Shown piece by piece: positions 10,919-23,100 of a stretch of DNA of 64,000 bases. Source of the DNA: Leptogorgia sarmentosa (taxonomy: Eukaryota). Both the position numbers and the translations under genes were made by a program. The stretch spans positions 15,686,001 to 15,750,000 of the forward strand of contig OZ210885.1 of NCBI GenBank assembly GCA_964658305.1. The letters are read 5' to 3'. The notes beneath the pieces were generated by a model. It saw nothing but the letters and a program-made list of their open reading frames with translations, did no database searches and was not told the DNA's origin. How positions within the stretch are numbered: the stretch's first letter is position 1; each line of letters starts with the position of its first letter.

Positions 10919-13661
10919 ATTGACATCATGGTTACATTTATTTTGACTTTTTTTTGTAGACCACAGCGGAAAGATATTCGCAGTGAACCAAAATATATTG
11001 TGTTCCTATCGCAGTTACTGCTCCTTTTCCAGTTTTGCCGAACATGCAAAAGTGATCAAGTTTTGGTGGAAACACATGAAAATGGCACAATGGTCACTGT
11101 TGAAGTACACTGTGGCAATCCAGGATGCAGAGAGAAAGAGTTTGTTTGGCAAAGCCAGCCCAAAATTGATGGGTTGAGAACTGGAGCAGGAAACTTAATT
11201 TTAAGCTTTGCGATATTAATGGCTGGTGCTTCTGCCTCTAAAGTTCTTAGAGTGTTGTCTCATATGGGAGTGGCTTGTTTTTCCTTGAGGCAATTCTTCA
11301 GGCACCAGAAAGTGAGTAACAATCACATTTAATCAACTTCAGCTTGCCTTGGGTATATTAATGTGTACCCCTTGTGGTTGGGGATCCACTGCTAAAAATA
11401 CCAGTTTTCATAAAAAATTAAAACTGCTCATTTCCTGTAAATTCTTCAGTGGGGGCATTGCCCGACTATCTTATGATTGTTAAGGTGGCTCCCCAGTTGG
11501 ATCAACTGCAGGCAGATGGTCTGTTGTGCAATATTGTACATCAATTGTTTTAGGGTCACTGCTAACTTATTAACAACTACCACAATCTAATTGTATTATT
11601 AATGTATACCACCATTATAGGACAAATTATTTCCATGCATCTCCCATTTTTGGAAGAAACACCAAGAAAACTTAATGAAAGAAACAATTAAGAAAAATGA
11701 AGTTGTGGTGGCAGGTGACGGCAGGCATGACAGCATGGGGCACAGTGCAAAGTATTGTGCCTACACGCTTTTCAATTGCACCACCCCAAACATTATTCAT
11801 TTCTCTCTCGTTCAGGTGTGAATTAAAATTTTTCATACTAATATAACTGTATATAATGGTCTCCTTACTAAGAGAAATGAAGCTGGAAGCAGCCAAGGCA
11901 TGGAGTATTTGGCATTTCAGCACTCTATGGCTCGCTTAAAACAGGAACAGATAAAGTTGGATTCCCTTGTAACGGATCGCCATTCTTCGATTACCAAGCA
12001 TATGAGAGAAAATGAGAAGAGTGTGAAGCACTATTTTGATCTGTGGCATTTAAGAAAAAGTAAGTTCAGATACTGTGAAAATGTCAATTTATTGCATCAT
12101 ATCATAACACTTACGGAGAAATGTTCATTTATAGAAGTTCGTAAAGTGTTGACAAAAATTGGTAAAGAAAGCAATTGCCAAGAAATAAACCCATGGATAC
12201 GTGCCTGCGAAAACCACTTGTCTTGGAGTGCCATATCCACATCCTCTGGCGATGGCAAAGTTATCATAGCCAAGTTTTGTTCCTTTCTAAGTCACATTGT
12301 GAACAAGCATGTGAACTTGGACAACCCACTTTTTAATAAGTGTATCCATGGAGAAATTGAACAAAGACAGTGGCTTGATGAAAGTATGTTCATGCTGCAA
12401 CATTTTGACGTTATTTTTTCCCAATTCCATTTAGTGTACCACGTAATTAAAACAGTAAGCATTTTTTAAACTTATGTAGAGTCTGTTGTGTACGAAAAAG
12501 TGCGTAAAGTACTATTAAATGAAAGGCTAGTGAAAGGAATCAAACAGGCATCACCCCTGCAGCAGACAAGCTGCCTGGAAGGATTTCATTCCGTGCTGAA
12601 TCATTTCGCTCCAAAGATTGGCTTTTCATACCCAGGAATGTTTATTAGGTAGAGTATAAGTCATTCACTGTAATGAAAGGTATTTGCTAAAACATTAGCA
12701 AACTGAACATATGTGGCAGTCCACCACATTTCTACTTTTGGCTAGTTTACACTTCACAGTCTATGCTGTACTGAATTTTCAGAAAAATCCAAAACTTTTT
12801 TCGAGAAATATTCGGTATTTTTTCTGATTTGGTTAGCATTAATTGGTACCCACTATATTCCAACATAGCTTATTTGTTGTACTTATTTTTGGTTAAATGA
12901 TTCTGACTGATATCATTATTGCTGACTTTGTTTACTAGACACATCATTGCTATCTTGCATTTCAACCGTAATCTCCAACGGGAGACACGAAAAAAGATTT
13001 CTGGCGGTACTGAACAGATTGCAGTAATATACCCCAAGTTTAAGAATGGGGAGGCTACTGTGAGAGATGTGAAAGTCCAGGCAGACTTCAGTAAGTGCAA
13101 TCACATCTTGTATGTCACCAGTATTGTTTGGTAAAGTGCTATTAGGGTGGTGCCACAAATTCTCCAATGGTGGAGTATTATCCTATATTACATACCAGGT
13201 ATTTTTGTTAAAATATTCTTTATTAATATCCTTTCAAGGTTATGTTCAAGAGGTATGGGAAGCAATGTTCACCACACTAACTGATGAACAACTTTTGCAA
13301 AAAGAAAGAAAGGATATAAAGGATATGACACCTGTAGTATTGTACTGAAATATATTTATAATTGCTCTATCCTAGTTATATATCCTACATACGAACCTAT
13401 TTACATAATTACATAAATTACATTTACATACTACATTTCTCCCCTTCTTTAGATACGTAACTACTCTATATACTATATATATATATATATTTTTTTTTTT
13501 TAGTTTTGTCCTTGATAAAATATCACCAGAATGTCCCACACATAGCTATATAATATGTCCAAGTTCAAATTATTCAAATATTAATATTAAACTACACTAT
13601 ATAGTCTCTATATTTTGTGTTTTTAGTGTCCTTCCTATTTCTAGTAGAACGTCTTGATGAT

Positions 13662-16600
13662 TTAGATACGGCATCTTGATTGGCTTACTTCTTCCACTTC
13701 ATCTTCAGGTTCTTTCAACAATTCATTTGATCTAGGTGTCTCTTCGTCATCTGTGTCCAGTTCTTGTTCTTGAACTTTCTTCATTTTCGATGCGTCTCTA
13801 GTGATGATATGTCCTAATTCATTTCGAGCAGTTATCATCGACCCTTTTACCTTTATTACCATATACTTTATATTACGATATGGAGTCGTAAATTTATTTT
13901 TCTTCTTCTGAGGTACCAGTACAGCATCACCAACTTTCACCTTATGCTCTTTCACATATCGTTTACTATCTGCATATCTTTTCATTGCCTCCTTCTTCAA
14001 ACGATCATGCTCTCTAACCTCTTTATCATGGTGGTAAGGGGTAATAGGTTTCAAGGTAGGCACTTTCGTTTTGAAATTTCTATTAGGGAACATCAATTCT
14101 GCTGGAGCTTTATCTGTTGTTTGATGAGGAGTCGCACGATAATTTCGGAGAAAGATCATCAGTTCCTTCTTCCAATCTCCTTTATTGGCAATAGCTGTTT
14201 GCACCGTCTTCGAAATATTCTTCATAAACCTCTCTGCTTGACCATTAACTTTCGGTTCTGCTGGCGTAATATTTCTTATACTAAAGCCACTCTGTACAGC
14301 ATATTCCTTGAATTCCTGCGAGCGAAATGGTGGACCATTATCCGTCATTATCTCCGATGGGTATCCAAACTCGGAAAAAATTCTCTCAAATTTAGGTATC
14401 ACAGCCTTTGCAGAAGTAGAATTTACTACCTCTACAAATGGATATCTCGAGTTTTTGCAAGTAACTAGAAGCAAATACTCTCCCGTAGGCAGTGGTCCAT
14501 AAAAATCAGCAGCCACTTTTTCCATTGTTTCGTTAGGCAATGGCGTCATCTTCAATGGCATCCTTGACGTTTGCGGCGTTGCAACTTGGCACAGCATACA
14601 TCCTCTAACAATTCTCTCAGTCATCGTATCCATGCCTGGAAACCACAATCTGCTCCTTAAATAACGTTTAGTTTTTGTTATTCCTTGATGCCCTTCATGA
14701 GCAACCTGCACCACTTTTTCCTGCAATTTCCTGGGTACGACCAACCTTTCCCCTCTTAATAATACTCCGTCTATAACCGATAATTCGGACATCACACTCG
14801 CATAGGCCTGTACGTCAGACTCTTTACCCAAGGTTTGTTGTGTCTTTACTGCATGCATAACCTTTTTCAAGGTCTCATCTTCTTGTGTTTCGAACTTGAC
14901 ATGATCCAATGTCATTGCTTTCATATTCTTAGACGCCATTACTAAATTAACATATTGTTCTAACTCCTGGTGTCTCTCTGACAACGATCTCTCTGGATGC
15001 CTTGAACTCCAATCCGCTGGATTGTTCTTCCCAGGTCGATGTTTGACTTCAAAGTCAAATCCCATTAACTTCACACGCATTCTTTCAATACGAAGTGGTG
15101 CCTTCTTCAGAGGTTTATTTAATAGACTGACCAGTGGTTGATGGTCCGTAATCAAATCAAATTTCTTTCCTATCAAGTATTGTTGATTATTTTCAACTGC
15201 CCACGTCGCAGCTAGGCACTCCCGTTCGATTTGTGAATAACGTTTTTCAACTTCAGTACATGCCCTACTTGAATATGCAACAGGTCGAAATTCATTCATA
15301 ATAGGGTCTTTCTGTGCCAGAATAGCTCCAATTCCATTTGGAAAACCATCAACAACTAACTCAGTTTCTCTCTCAGGTACATAGTATGCCAAAGTTGTCT
15401 CGCTTGATAAGCATTCCTTTAATTCATCAAACTCCTTCTGGTGTGCACAAGTCCATCGGTATTCGGAAGCCATGAGTAACTCTCTTAATCCTGCCGTCTT
15501 TTCTGAATATTTATGAATAAATGGGGAACTATAGCCTGCCATTCCTAGAAATGATCTCAATTCATTAGCGTTTTCTGGTGGCTCCGCACTCTTCAGCGCT
15601 GCAACCTTCCGTGGATCTGGCTTCATACCATCTCCAGATAACACATACCCATAATATGTAACTTCTGGCAGGTTGAACTCACACTTCTCGGGACCCAATC
15701 TGATATCTCTTTCTCTACATCTCTTTAACGTTTTTACCACATTATCATCATGCTCTTCTTCGTCTTTTCCATAAACCAGTATGTCGTCACTGATATTCAA
15801 TACGCCATCCAATCCATCTAATGCCTCACTAATTTCTTTTTGGAATGCCTCGGCAGCTGATTTAGTTCCATAATTCATTCGCGTGAATTGTCTCGGTCCA
15901 CGTGGCGTATGATGTGTTGTAATAGCTCTACTCTCTGGGTGTAGAACCATATTTAGATATCCTCTATGAATGTCCAATTTCGTGAATCTAGTAGCACCAG
16001 CCTTTTGCAATTTTCGCCGTACTTCTAGTATCGTCGGGATGTGACATTTCGTTGTGAGGACTGCTTTATTCAGGCATCTCATATCAACACTTGGTCTTAC
16101 TTCCATATCATTGATATCTTGACCAGGCTTGAGCTTCTTAGGTGTTACAACGAGGTTAGACAACCAGGTTGTCGGCTTATCGTTGGGGACTTTTTCAATT
16201 ATCGGACCTATTTCTGTCGCTTTAGGGTCTTCCCACTTATCTAACTCTTTAAGAAGTTTATCTTCTAAGTGAACTGGGGGTGGCCGATATGACTGTGCTA
16301 CTGGTCTCACTGTTGGATCAACTTGTATCTTTACATATTTTGTCTTCCCACTCTTATCTTTCAAAGTCCCAATACCGTTAAACCTATCTTCATATTCAAG
16401 AAGAGCTTCTTGCAGCTTTGGACTCAATCCCTTCTTTGTTTGAGCTACGCTACATACTGTTCGGTTTACTATGTTAAACGTCAGAATTCCCAACTTCTCG
16501 GCTGCACTTTTACTCAACAGAGAACAATTCTTTTGTCGCACTGGTGTATCAACTACATATACTGTTTCATGGATTTGTTGATCATTGTAGTGCATCATAG

Positions 16601-17747
16601 CTTTAAATTTACCCATCAATTTCAGTGCACTATCCGAGCCATATGGCGTAAGTTTAACATCTGAATTACTGAGCGAAATCTTTTTATCCTTGCTAAACTC
16701 TAAATACGTCTGTTTTGTCATAATTACGCTACTAGATCCTGTATCAACAATGAAATTAATGGGTTTCCCTTCAATATTAATCATTACTCGTTCATGCATA
16801 CTGTTAGTGTTATGCAATTCATACACGTGCCCGACAGTTCCTTCATCACTGTCTGATGATTCTGCCGATTCACAAGATCTCCACGTCGCTTTTACGATTC
16901 TCTTTGAATCTTGTTTCAGATTTTCATTTTGACAGCATCGAGCGAAATGATTTTTTTGCAGACACTTGCGACATTCTTTTCCCCATGCAGGACAACCTGT
17001 TGGTCCCTTGGGATGTGGCCAATTAAACCCACAGAATTTACATTTCTTACTTGACTCAAACATCGCTTTTTGACTCTTTTCTAACTGAAATTTAGCACTA
17101 TATTTTCCCCCACTACTCTTAACTGCAAACGTAGGCTCTGTTTTAACAACGATTTCTCGTCCGGCAGTGTCTGTATTGCCAATCATTTCTCTGTCATGTT
17201 GTTTCATGCTTTCGCGACAACGACCTTTAGTCAACACCTCGTCAAGGTTGGGTGCGCCACTTCGCGATAAACAATATTCACGAATGTTAGCACTCGTTGT
17301 GCCTCTAGTAATGGTGACCCCAATCATTAAATGATTTAAATCATACTTATCTTTTATAATATCCCAGTTTATCCGTTCATGTTTCTTTCTAACTCTCATC
17401 GCAAAGTCATCTATTCCTTCACGTTCATCTTGCTTCATGTCCATTGCTTGTGATATAAGGAAAATCAGCGGCTCGTCTCGCAATAAATCCTCCTTGAGTC
17501 CTTGTATTAACGTTTCATAGTCGTTCCCCTTATCGAGCTTCAACGTTCCAACTTTGTTTCTTACTTCAGGTCCAGCTACGGCGAGAAACGCTTTACATTT
17601 TTTAACATCGCCGCTTTTCTCGGGCCAATCTATTAACTCAAACTTTGCCTCAACCTCTTCTAGCCATTCAAGAAATCTAGGTCCCCTGTCTTCTACTGGT
17701 AGCCATTGAAAAGGTCTTATCCAGTTTGCCGTGAACAAACTCTCCAT
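13662..17747 (-). CDS. Gag-Pol polyprotein (Zn knuckle, aspartic protease, RT, RNase H, integrase)
   Basis: CPAWGKECRKC..NHFARCC, IVDTGS, ISDDILVYG, YSQIERECLA..TDHQPL, AHEGHQG..CMLC, ADFYGP..TDNGPPF..NGQAER. PR-RT-RH-IN order is Gypsy. Confidence 0.95.
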   Translation of the reverse strand: MESLFTANWIRPFQWLPVEDRGPRFLEWLEEVEAKFELIDWPEKSGDVKKCKAFLAVAGPEVRNKVGTLKLDKGNDYETLIQGLKEDLLRDEPLIFLISQAMDMKQDEREGIDDFAMRVRKKHERINWDIIKDKYDLNHLMIGVTITRGTTSANIREYCLSRSGAPNLDEVLTKGRCRESMKQHDREMIGNTDTAGREIVVKTEPTFAVKSSGGKYSAKFQLEKSQKAMFESSKKCKFCGFNWPHPKGPTGCPAWGKECRKCLQKNHFARCCQNENLKQDSKRIVKATWRSCESAESSDSDEGTVGHVYELHNTNSMHERVMINIEGKPINFIVDTGSSSVIMTKQTYLEFSKDKKISLSNSDVKLTPYGSDSALKLMGKFKAMMHYNDQQIHETVYVVDTPVRQKNCSLLSKSAAEKLGILTFNIVNRTVCSVAQTKKGLSPKLQEALLEYEDRFNGIGTLKDKSGKTKYVKIQVDPTVRPVAQSYRPPPVHLEDKLLKELDKWEDPKATEIGPIIEKVPNDKPTTWLSNLVVTPKKLKPGQDINDMEVRPSVDMRCLNKAVLTTKCHIPTILEVRRKLQKAGATRFTKLDIHRGYLNMVLHPESRAITTHHTPRGPRQFTRMNYGTKSAAEAFQKEISEALDGLDGVLNISDDILVYGKDEEEHDDNVVKTLKRCRERDIRLGPEKCEFNLPEVTYYGYVLSGDGMKPDPRKVAALKSAEPPENANELRSFLGMAGYSSPFIHKYSEKTAGLRELLMASEYRWTCAHQKEFDELKECLSSETTLAYYVPERETELVVDGFPNGIGAILAQKDPIMNEFRPVAYSSRACTEVEKRYSQIERECLAATWAVENNQQYLIGKKFDLITDHQPLVSLLNKPLKKAPLRIERMRVKLMGFDFEVKHRPGKNNPADWSSRHPERSLSERHQELEQYVNLVMASKNMKAMTLDHVKFETQEDETLKKVMHAVKTQQTLGKESDVQAYASVMSELSVIDGVLLRGERLVVPRKLQEKVVQVAHEGHQGITKTKRYLRSRLWFPGMDTMTERIVRGCMLCQVATPQTSRMPLKMTPLPNETMEKVAADFYGPLPTGEYLLLVTCKNSRYPFVEVVNSTSAKAVIPKFERIFSEFGYPSEIMTDNGPPFRSQEFKEYAVQSGFSIRNITPAEPKVNGQAERFMKNISKTVQTAIANKGDWKKELMIFLRNYRATPHQTTDKAPAELMFPNRNFKTKVPTLKPITPYHHDKEVREHDRLKKEAMKRYADSKRYVKEHKVKVGDAVLVPQKKKNKFTTPYRNIKYMVIKVKGSMITARNELGHIITRDASKMKKVQEQELDTDDEETPRSNELLKEPEDEVEEVSQSRCRI

Positions 17748-17752
17748 CTTGA

Positions 17753-17766
17753 CATCCTCGTCGCCA
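17753..17766 (-). other. Primer binding site, probably tRNA-Ser(GCU)
   Basis: TGGCGACGAGGATG starts 2 nt inside the 5' LTR and matches my recollection of the tRNA-Ser(GCU) 3' end (..CAUCCUCGUCGCCA). Confidence 0.7.
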
Positions 17767-18271
17767 AATGTAGTATTGTACTGAAATATATTTATAATTG
17801 CTCTATCCTAGTTATATATCCTACATACGAACCTATTTACATAATTACATAAATTACATTTACATACTACAACACCCAAACCGATGAACACAATGCTGAT
17901 TAAGCAGTCCAGAGATGAAGCAGTCAAAAAGCGAGAGAAGCGAAAGATGATGGTTACAAAAGATGTGCCACCAACAGCAGGTTCACTCACCAAATATTCT
18001 ATAAGCCCTACTGCTAGATTGTAGTTTACTTCATCTATCTTGACGACTGATTTTTTTGTAGTTCCTCGTGATGAACCTGTTATTACACAAGGCCAAAGAG
18101 CTAAACCATGCTGCAAAGAATGTCACCAGCCTATGAAAGGTCACAAGAATGTGTTGGATTGTCCACGCAATAGAAGGAACTAGAAATGTTGTATATACTG
18201 TATATATTTAGGTTTCACTACACATAAGAATACTAACTAGGATAATTATACATGACATATTTATATTTATA

Positions 18272-19283
18272 TTACTCTGAGTCAGATGAGTTCTCTTCAA
18301 AACCAGTAAATGTTTCTCCACTTTTAAATTGTTTTCTTATTGCATGGTACACACATGAAGGTAGTGGTATCCTTAATTTTCCCAATTTTTCATATACAAG
18401 ACGACTAAATTGTCTGTATGCCACTGAACGCAAGAATCTAAATAGAATAAAAAGAAAAACTAGTATTTTAATTCTTGCACAATGCATAAGTGATATAAAC
18501 AAATTTGAAGGTAAAAAGTTTAAAAGGTTAATAGGTGTCACTCCTTGCCTTAGCTGTCTTAGCTACATTATGAATGTAGTATTATTTTCCTGACTTTATA
18601 CTTCTTGACTGAAGTGCATTTATTTATTTAACCCTATAATATATACTTACGCATTCTCGTTTCCACTTCGACTATACTTTCGATGATCTCTTCTCTTATA
18701 ATTTGATGCTGCCAATCGCAGTGTCCATTTCTCCAAACAATTTGGGTAGAATGCAGGGAGGCGGTATTTAAACATCCTCCAAAACTTCAGCAGAATTCAA
18801 TGACTGAATGCACCTCTCAATTTCTTGACAGCATTGAAGTTCATACACATTTTCGACTAAATCTAATCCACAATTGTTGCATTTACACCTGAAAAATAAT
18901 CGAAAAAAGTAACATTGAAGTTTGCTTGAATTGAAATTCACAGGTTCAGCCTCAGGTTGAATACAAAAATAAACTCTTATACTCACCAGTCTTCGATGGG
19001 GATTTGGCTGTCCAGTCGATCTTGAAGCGCTTGAATGAATGTGCTTTCTTTTTCCTTTCTTTCTTGGTATTCATCTGTCCATTCTTCGTCTGCAAGTGGT
19101 TCATCATCGTATGGTGCTGGCATTGAAATGCTACTCGACACTTGGCCAGCTTCACTTTGACTTTCTCGATCAGAAAGCGACTCAAACTCCTAATTCCAGT
19201 TCGTAATCCGAAATTTCGCTAGCTTCTAGTTCGGAAGTATCGGATGATGAATGGCTTTCGATTATGGATTCAGAAGTTGACAT
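18272..19283 (-). pseudogene. KolX accessory protein (P2X7 intracellular-tail-like), three exons, disrupted
   Basis: PYDDEPLADEEW..IPIEDW|CKCNNC..QCCQEIERC..CLEKWTLRLA|FLRSVAYRQFSRLVYEKLGKLRIPLPSCVYHAIRKQF; GT-AG introns; frameshift near 19190 and stop at 18768-18770. Confidence 0.8.
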
Positions 19284-19601
19284 TCTGAATAAATAGCGGG
19301 CTTAAACTTTATGTCTCTTTTATATATCTCTCGTTCCGACCAACACGTTCGCAAACTACCGTGGTATGCACATGCACAACACAACAATCAATTTACTTCC
19401 GTTCCCGTATGACATCACAACTCCTAATTCGTATCCAGGTATTTTTCTCCCGACCGTGTTTTGAAAAATACTGTTTTTTACCCACCTTGACTCAAAATAT
19501 CTCTGGAAATATTGGTCCGTTTGCAGTGAGAGATATATGATTCAAATCGCACGATTTTTGCGGATTTTTGGTGAAGAAATGGTGGAAATGTCATATGCAC
19601 T

Positions 19602-20195
19602 TTAATAGGAATTTGTATTGTTAGCCGGTAGCCGGTCGAATTCTCACCAAACTAAATATGAAGACGACATTTAGAAAAAATATGCAACCGGCTAGTGTAC
19701 TATTTCTTTGTGACAGTCTTGATAAAAGCAAACATTTTCTTTCAAGTAGTTTTTCGTAGGAAAGTAAGTGAAGACGACACTTAGAAAAAATATGCAACCG
19801 GCTAGTGTTGGAGTTAGCCGGTCATTTTGGGTGTTAGCCGGTCGTTAGCCGGCCCATTTAATAGGGATTTGTATTGTTAGCCGGTAGCCGGTCGAATTCT
19901 CACCAAACTAAATATGAAGACGACATTTAGAAAAAATATGCAACCGGCTAGTGTACTATTTCTTTGTGACAGTCTTGATAAAAGCAAACATTTTCTTTCA
20001 AATAGTTTTGATAAGTATTTGGAAAACAGGTTAGGGTCAGATTTACGTGCCGGGTTGCGGTTATTAATAACTAACCCCAACCCGGCCCGTAGTCTGACCG
20101 TAACCTATTTCTTGATAGGTTAGGGTCAGATTACGTGCCGGGTTGGTGTTATTAATAAATAACCCCAACCCGGCCCGTAGTCTGACCCTAACCTA
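19602..20195. repeat. Right part of the foldback/satellite-like repeat plus short palindromic copies
   Basis: Inverted copies of 5207-5700. 19851-19876 shows the uninterrupted ccatTTAAtagg site. Confidence 0.7.
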
Positions 20196-23100
20196 TTTAT
20201 GCAAATAATTGCATAATTATGCTTCGTTTACTTGGGGACATTCATTTCCTAACGAATAGACATTTGTTTTACACGATCCGGAACACGGTACATCCCTTTA
20301 TATGTCGTTAATGCTGTATTAATATCCATTTAATAGGCCGTTTTTAGCTAATTTGTGAAGGTTTCAAAATTGTTAGCAAAAGTTTAAACTCTCATATCTC
20401 AGTCAATCTTGGACGAAAATGCCTGTCGAATATACCAAAATTTAAGTTAGACATCGCTGGATGCAATGAAACTCCATTTAGGGTTCTACCGCGTATGGTT
20501 TTTCAGTTATAAGTAATCAAACAGTTATACTTTTTTTTGCGCCACCCGGTACATAAAATAGAAATTGTTTTCGAGTTAAAATATCACATTAACCTTTTTC
20601 TTAAAATGGAAAAAACCTTATCTAAAACAAGAGTAACAAAAGTTACATGGTTTGGTGAACTTTTCAAACTGTTAACGCTGGAAAATCTGAAAAACTAAGC
20701 ATGAAAACTGCCGGTGAACTTTCGCTTTGAGATGTGAGATAAAACTAAAATTGTCCCAAATACTTTTATGTAATTATATAATGAGTAACAGCATGGTTCC
20801 TCGTGAAATTTCAGTGGATATACTATGCATGCATGTGCGAGTTTTTCAAACACTACCTCAATAACCTCAAAGACTTCTTACTCATGCAGGTATAATATTG
20901 TCCAAATTGCACTCGAATCCTTACTATCTATTCTTGTATCCCATGCGATTATAATAGCATTATTTAACAAATCATTTTATCATAGACAACCACAAAAAAT
21001 CTACATGTTTTCCAAAAAGTACACTGACAATTCCAGTACCTAAGATATGTATATATATAGTTGTCTAACCATATGGTAAAAATTATCATTATTCTGCAAT
21101 GGCTGCAAAGCATCACAGCGCCACAGGATCCCAAATATCATCCCCCTCTACTAAAATACGTAATATCATGTTGGCTGAGAGATGTACAATGGTACTCGTC
21201 CGAGCCATAGGCATACTGGTACAGCCAAATTATTCAAACATCAAGTAAATAAAAAGTATTAAACTCGATCTGTTTTAGACACCAAGATAAACTATATTAG
21301 CTACCGCCGAAAGATAGGGCAGCCACTAGAACATTAATTGGGAGGGGGTAGGGGTGCGCATATTCATGTTTGGGCTTTTTGTTCGACGGATTTCTTTTGA
21401 AATTAAGCATGCATGTCTGCAGATCTATGTGAACACATTGAATTCTGCACAAAATTTTGTCATAGCTATCATAAATAGTTACTGATTTGTTTCTCGTCGG
21501 ATATGAGGAATTAGGGCACAAATGTATTTTCTGCCGAAAGTTGAGGCAGATATGACAAACCTACATGTGTATTCCCGTTTCAGAATTGCATTCGGAACTA
21601 CCGAACAGATATGAGAACCTCAACGCAATCTCTTCTCAACAAATATTCCCAACAAATAATAAATATTCATATTTCCATTCAACTTAATACATTACCATTG
21701 TGTTCTGACGGATTTCCTGTCTCATGATGGGCAAAGCCAGTATATTATATTATATTCCCCGCTACAAACAATCTATCTTGTCTCACGAACGTTATTCCAT
21801 GGTAATCGTATCTCAATAATGTATGTTGGAATTCCATGATTTCTAAAATTAAATGTTTAAATAGCTCAAGCAGAGTAATACACCCATAAGCTTTGGTGAC
21901 TGATAATTTTTACACCGTATAGCTCATATTCGGCGTCGGACACTCTGAAATGGTCGGACATCTCATTTTATAAAATAACCTTTTAAAAACATGTGCGTTG
22001 ATTGGTCGAGAAGTTTGGGAGAAGCTTGAACTTGTGTGCAAACACTCGCACTTTGTGCTCGTGTTCCCACAGAATTTCTCGTTTCTCCAAAATTCCATGT
22101 GTGTTTCTATTTAACAATTAGTCGCCGAAGGCGGGGTGATTACAAGCTCATAGTCACCAAAGCGCTTAATCACCGAAGCCCGAGGCGACTAATTGTTTTA
22201 GTATAAATCCCCAGGTCAAACTGATTTGATTCAAACTGTCTGAAATTCAAGTTTTGTTTACTTTGCTTATAGTTTGTTTACATAAAATAATTCACGCTCA
22301 TATCGCTAGTGAAAAAAGCCAGTCTTGTTGCATAAAAATAACAATAAATAAAATACTTTACTTTGACAGATTTTTAAACCATATTTTGTCGCTTGTTTAA
22401 CTTTCTTGGGGATGCTTTCTTGTTTAATTTTGTCAATTTCCTCCTGCGAAACTTCAGCAAACCAAGCTGCCATTTTGAATTTTAATTATGAAAAATCTTT
22501 ATAGTCACTGCCCAGTGACTATAACACCAGAGACAGCAAATTTTAACCAATCAGATTGCAGGAAATGTTATAGTCACTTCAAAATTTGTACTAACGTGCT
22601 ATTGAAACACAGTTTTTTGAGCCCTCAACCAATCAACGCCCATGTTTTTAAAAGGCTATTTAATAAAATGGAAATAGAAAACATTTTTTTGTGTTCCTAT
22701 AAGTTATAGAAACACTTGTGTAAGTTTGGGATTACCATCCTTGATGGTCGGTAGCATCATTTACATGTGACCGGCAGGCTCAATGTCGCAGCCTAATATA
22801 AAGCTGTTTGCTTACGGTACGCTTTTGTCAAGCTGGCTGCTAGTGCTTTCGGTAAGGAGCGCAGCGCACAACAAACCGAAGCGCGGTGGGGCTGGAATTT
22901 CATCTCGCCGGAAGACTTGTTTATTTTTAAAAAAAAATTTTTTATTGAAGACATTTTTTCTCGCTTCATAGTGTTTAGGGTTAGACTGTTATAAAGTTAG
23001 GGTCATGTTTTCCGTTTAGGTTTGGTTTATTTCGTAAAAAGTCGAAAATTTGATGATGATAAAAAGTTGATGATGCTACCGACCAAGGATGCTACCGACT

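Larger units (their letters stand above)
13333..17871 (-). mobile_element. Ty3/Gypsy LTR retrotransposon, full length
   Basis: Apparently identical 103-bp TG..CA LTRs (13333-13435, 17769-17871); 5-bp TSD ACACC (13328-13332, 17872-17876); PBS TGGCGACGAGGATG; PPT AAAGAAGGGGAGAAA. Confidence 0.95.
6219..18183 (+). pseudogene. Kolobok transposase (THAP + DDE), multi-exon, interrupted by the CRE (intron) and the Gypsy (exon)
   Basis: THAP CAVYDC..W..VCSKHF; FCRTC..HCGNPGC; AGDGRHDSMGHSAKY (~11710); LVTDRH; HYFDLWH; QTSCLEGFHSVLNHFAPK (~12565). The frame KDMTP|KPMNTML resumes after the Gypsy; last exon CKECHQPMKGH ends at TAG 18181-18183. Confidence 0.85.
5932..19601 (+). mobile_element. Kolobok DNA transposon (13.7 kb including two nested retroelements)
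   Basis: TTAA at 5928-5931 and 19602-19605; AG...CT termini; 211-bp TIRs at 5932-6142 and 19391-19601 with about 2 mismatches; THAP-DDE transposase and a convergent KolX-like gene. Confidence 0.92.

Noticed and set aside
13944..16932. Plus-strand ORFs opposite the Gypsy pol
   Set aside because: Antisense shadows of a long coding region, without motifs.
18272..18986. Host P2X7 receptor gene
   Set aside because: Only the tail-like domain is present, with no channel, and it lies inside Kolobok TIRs.
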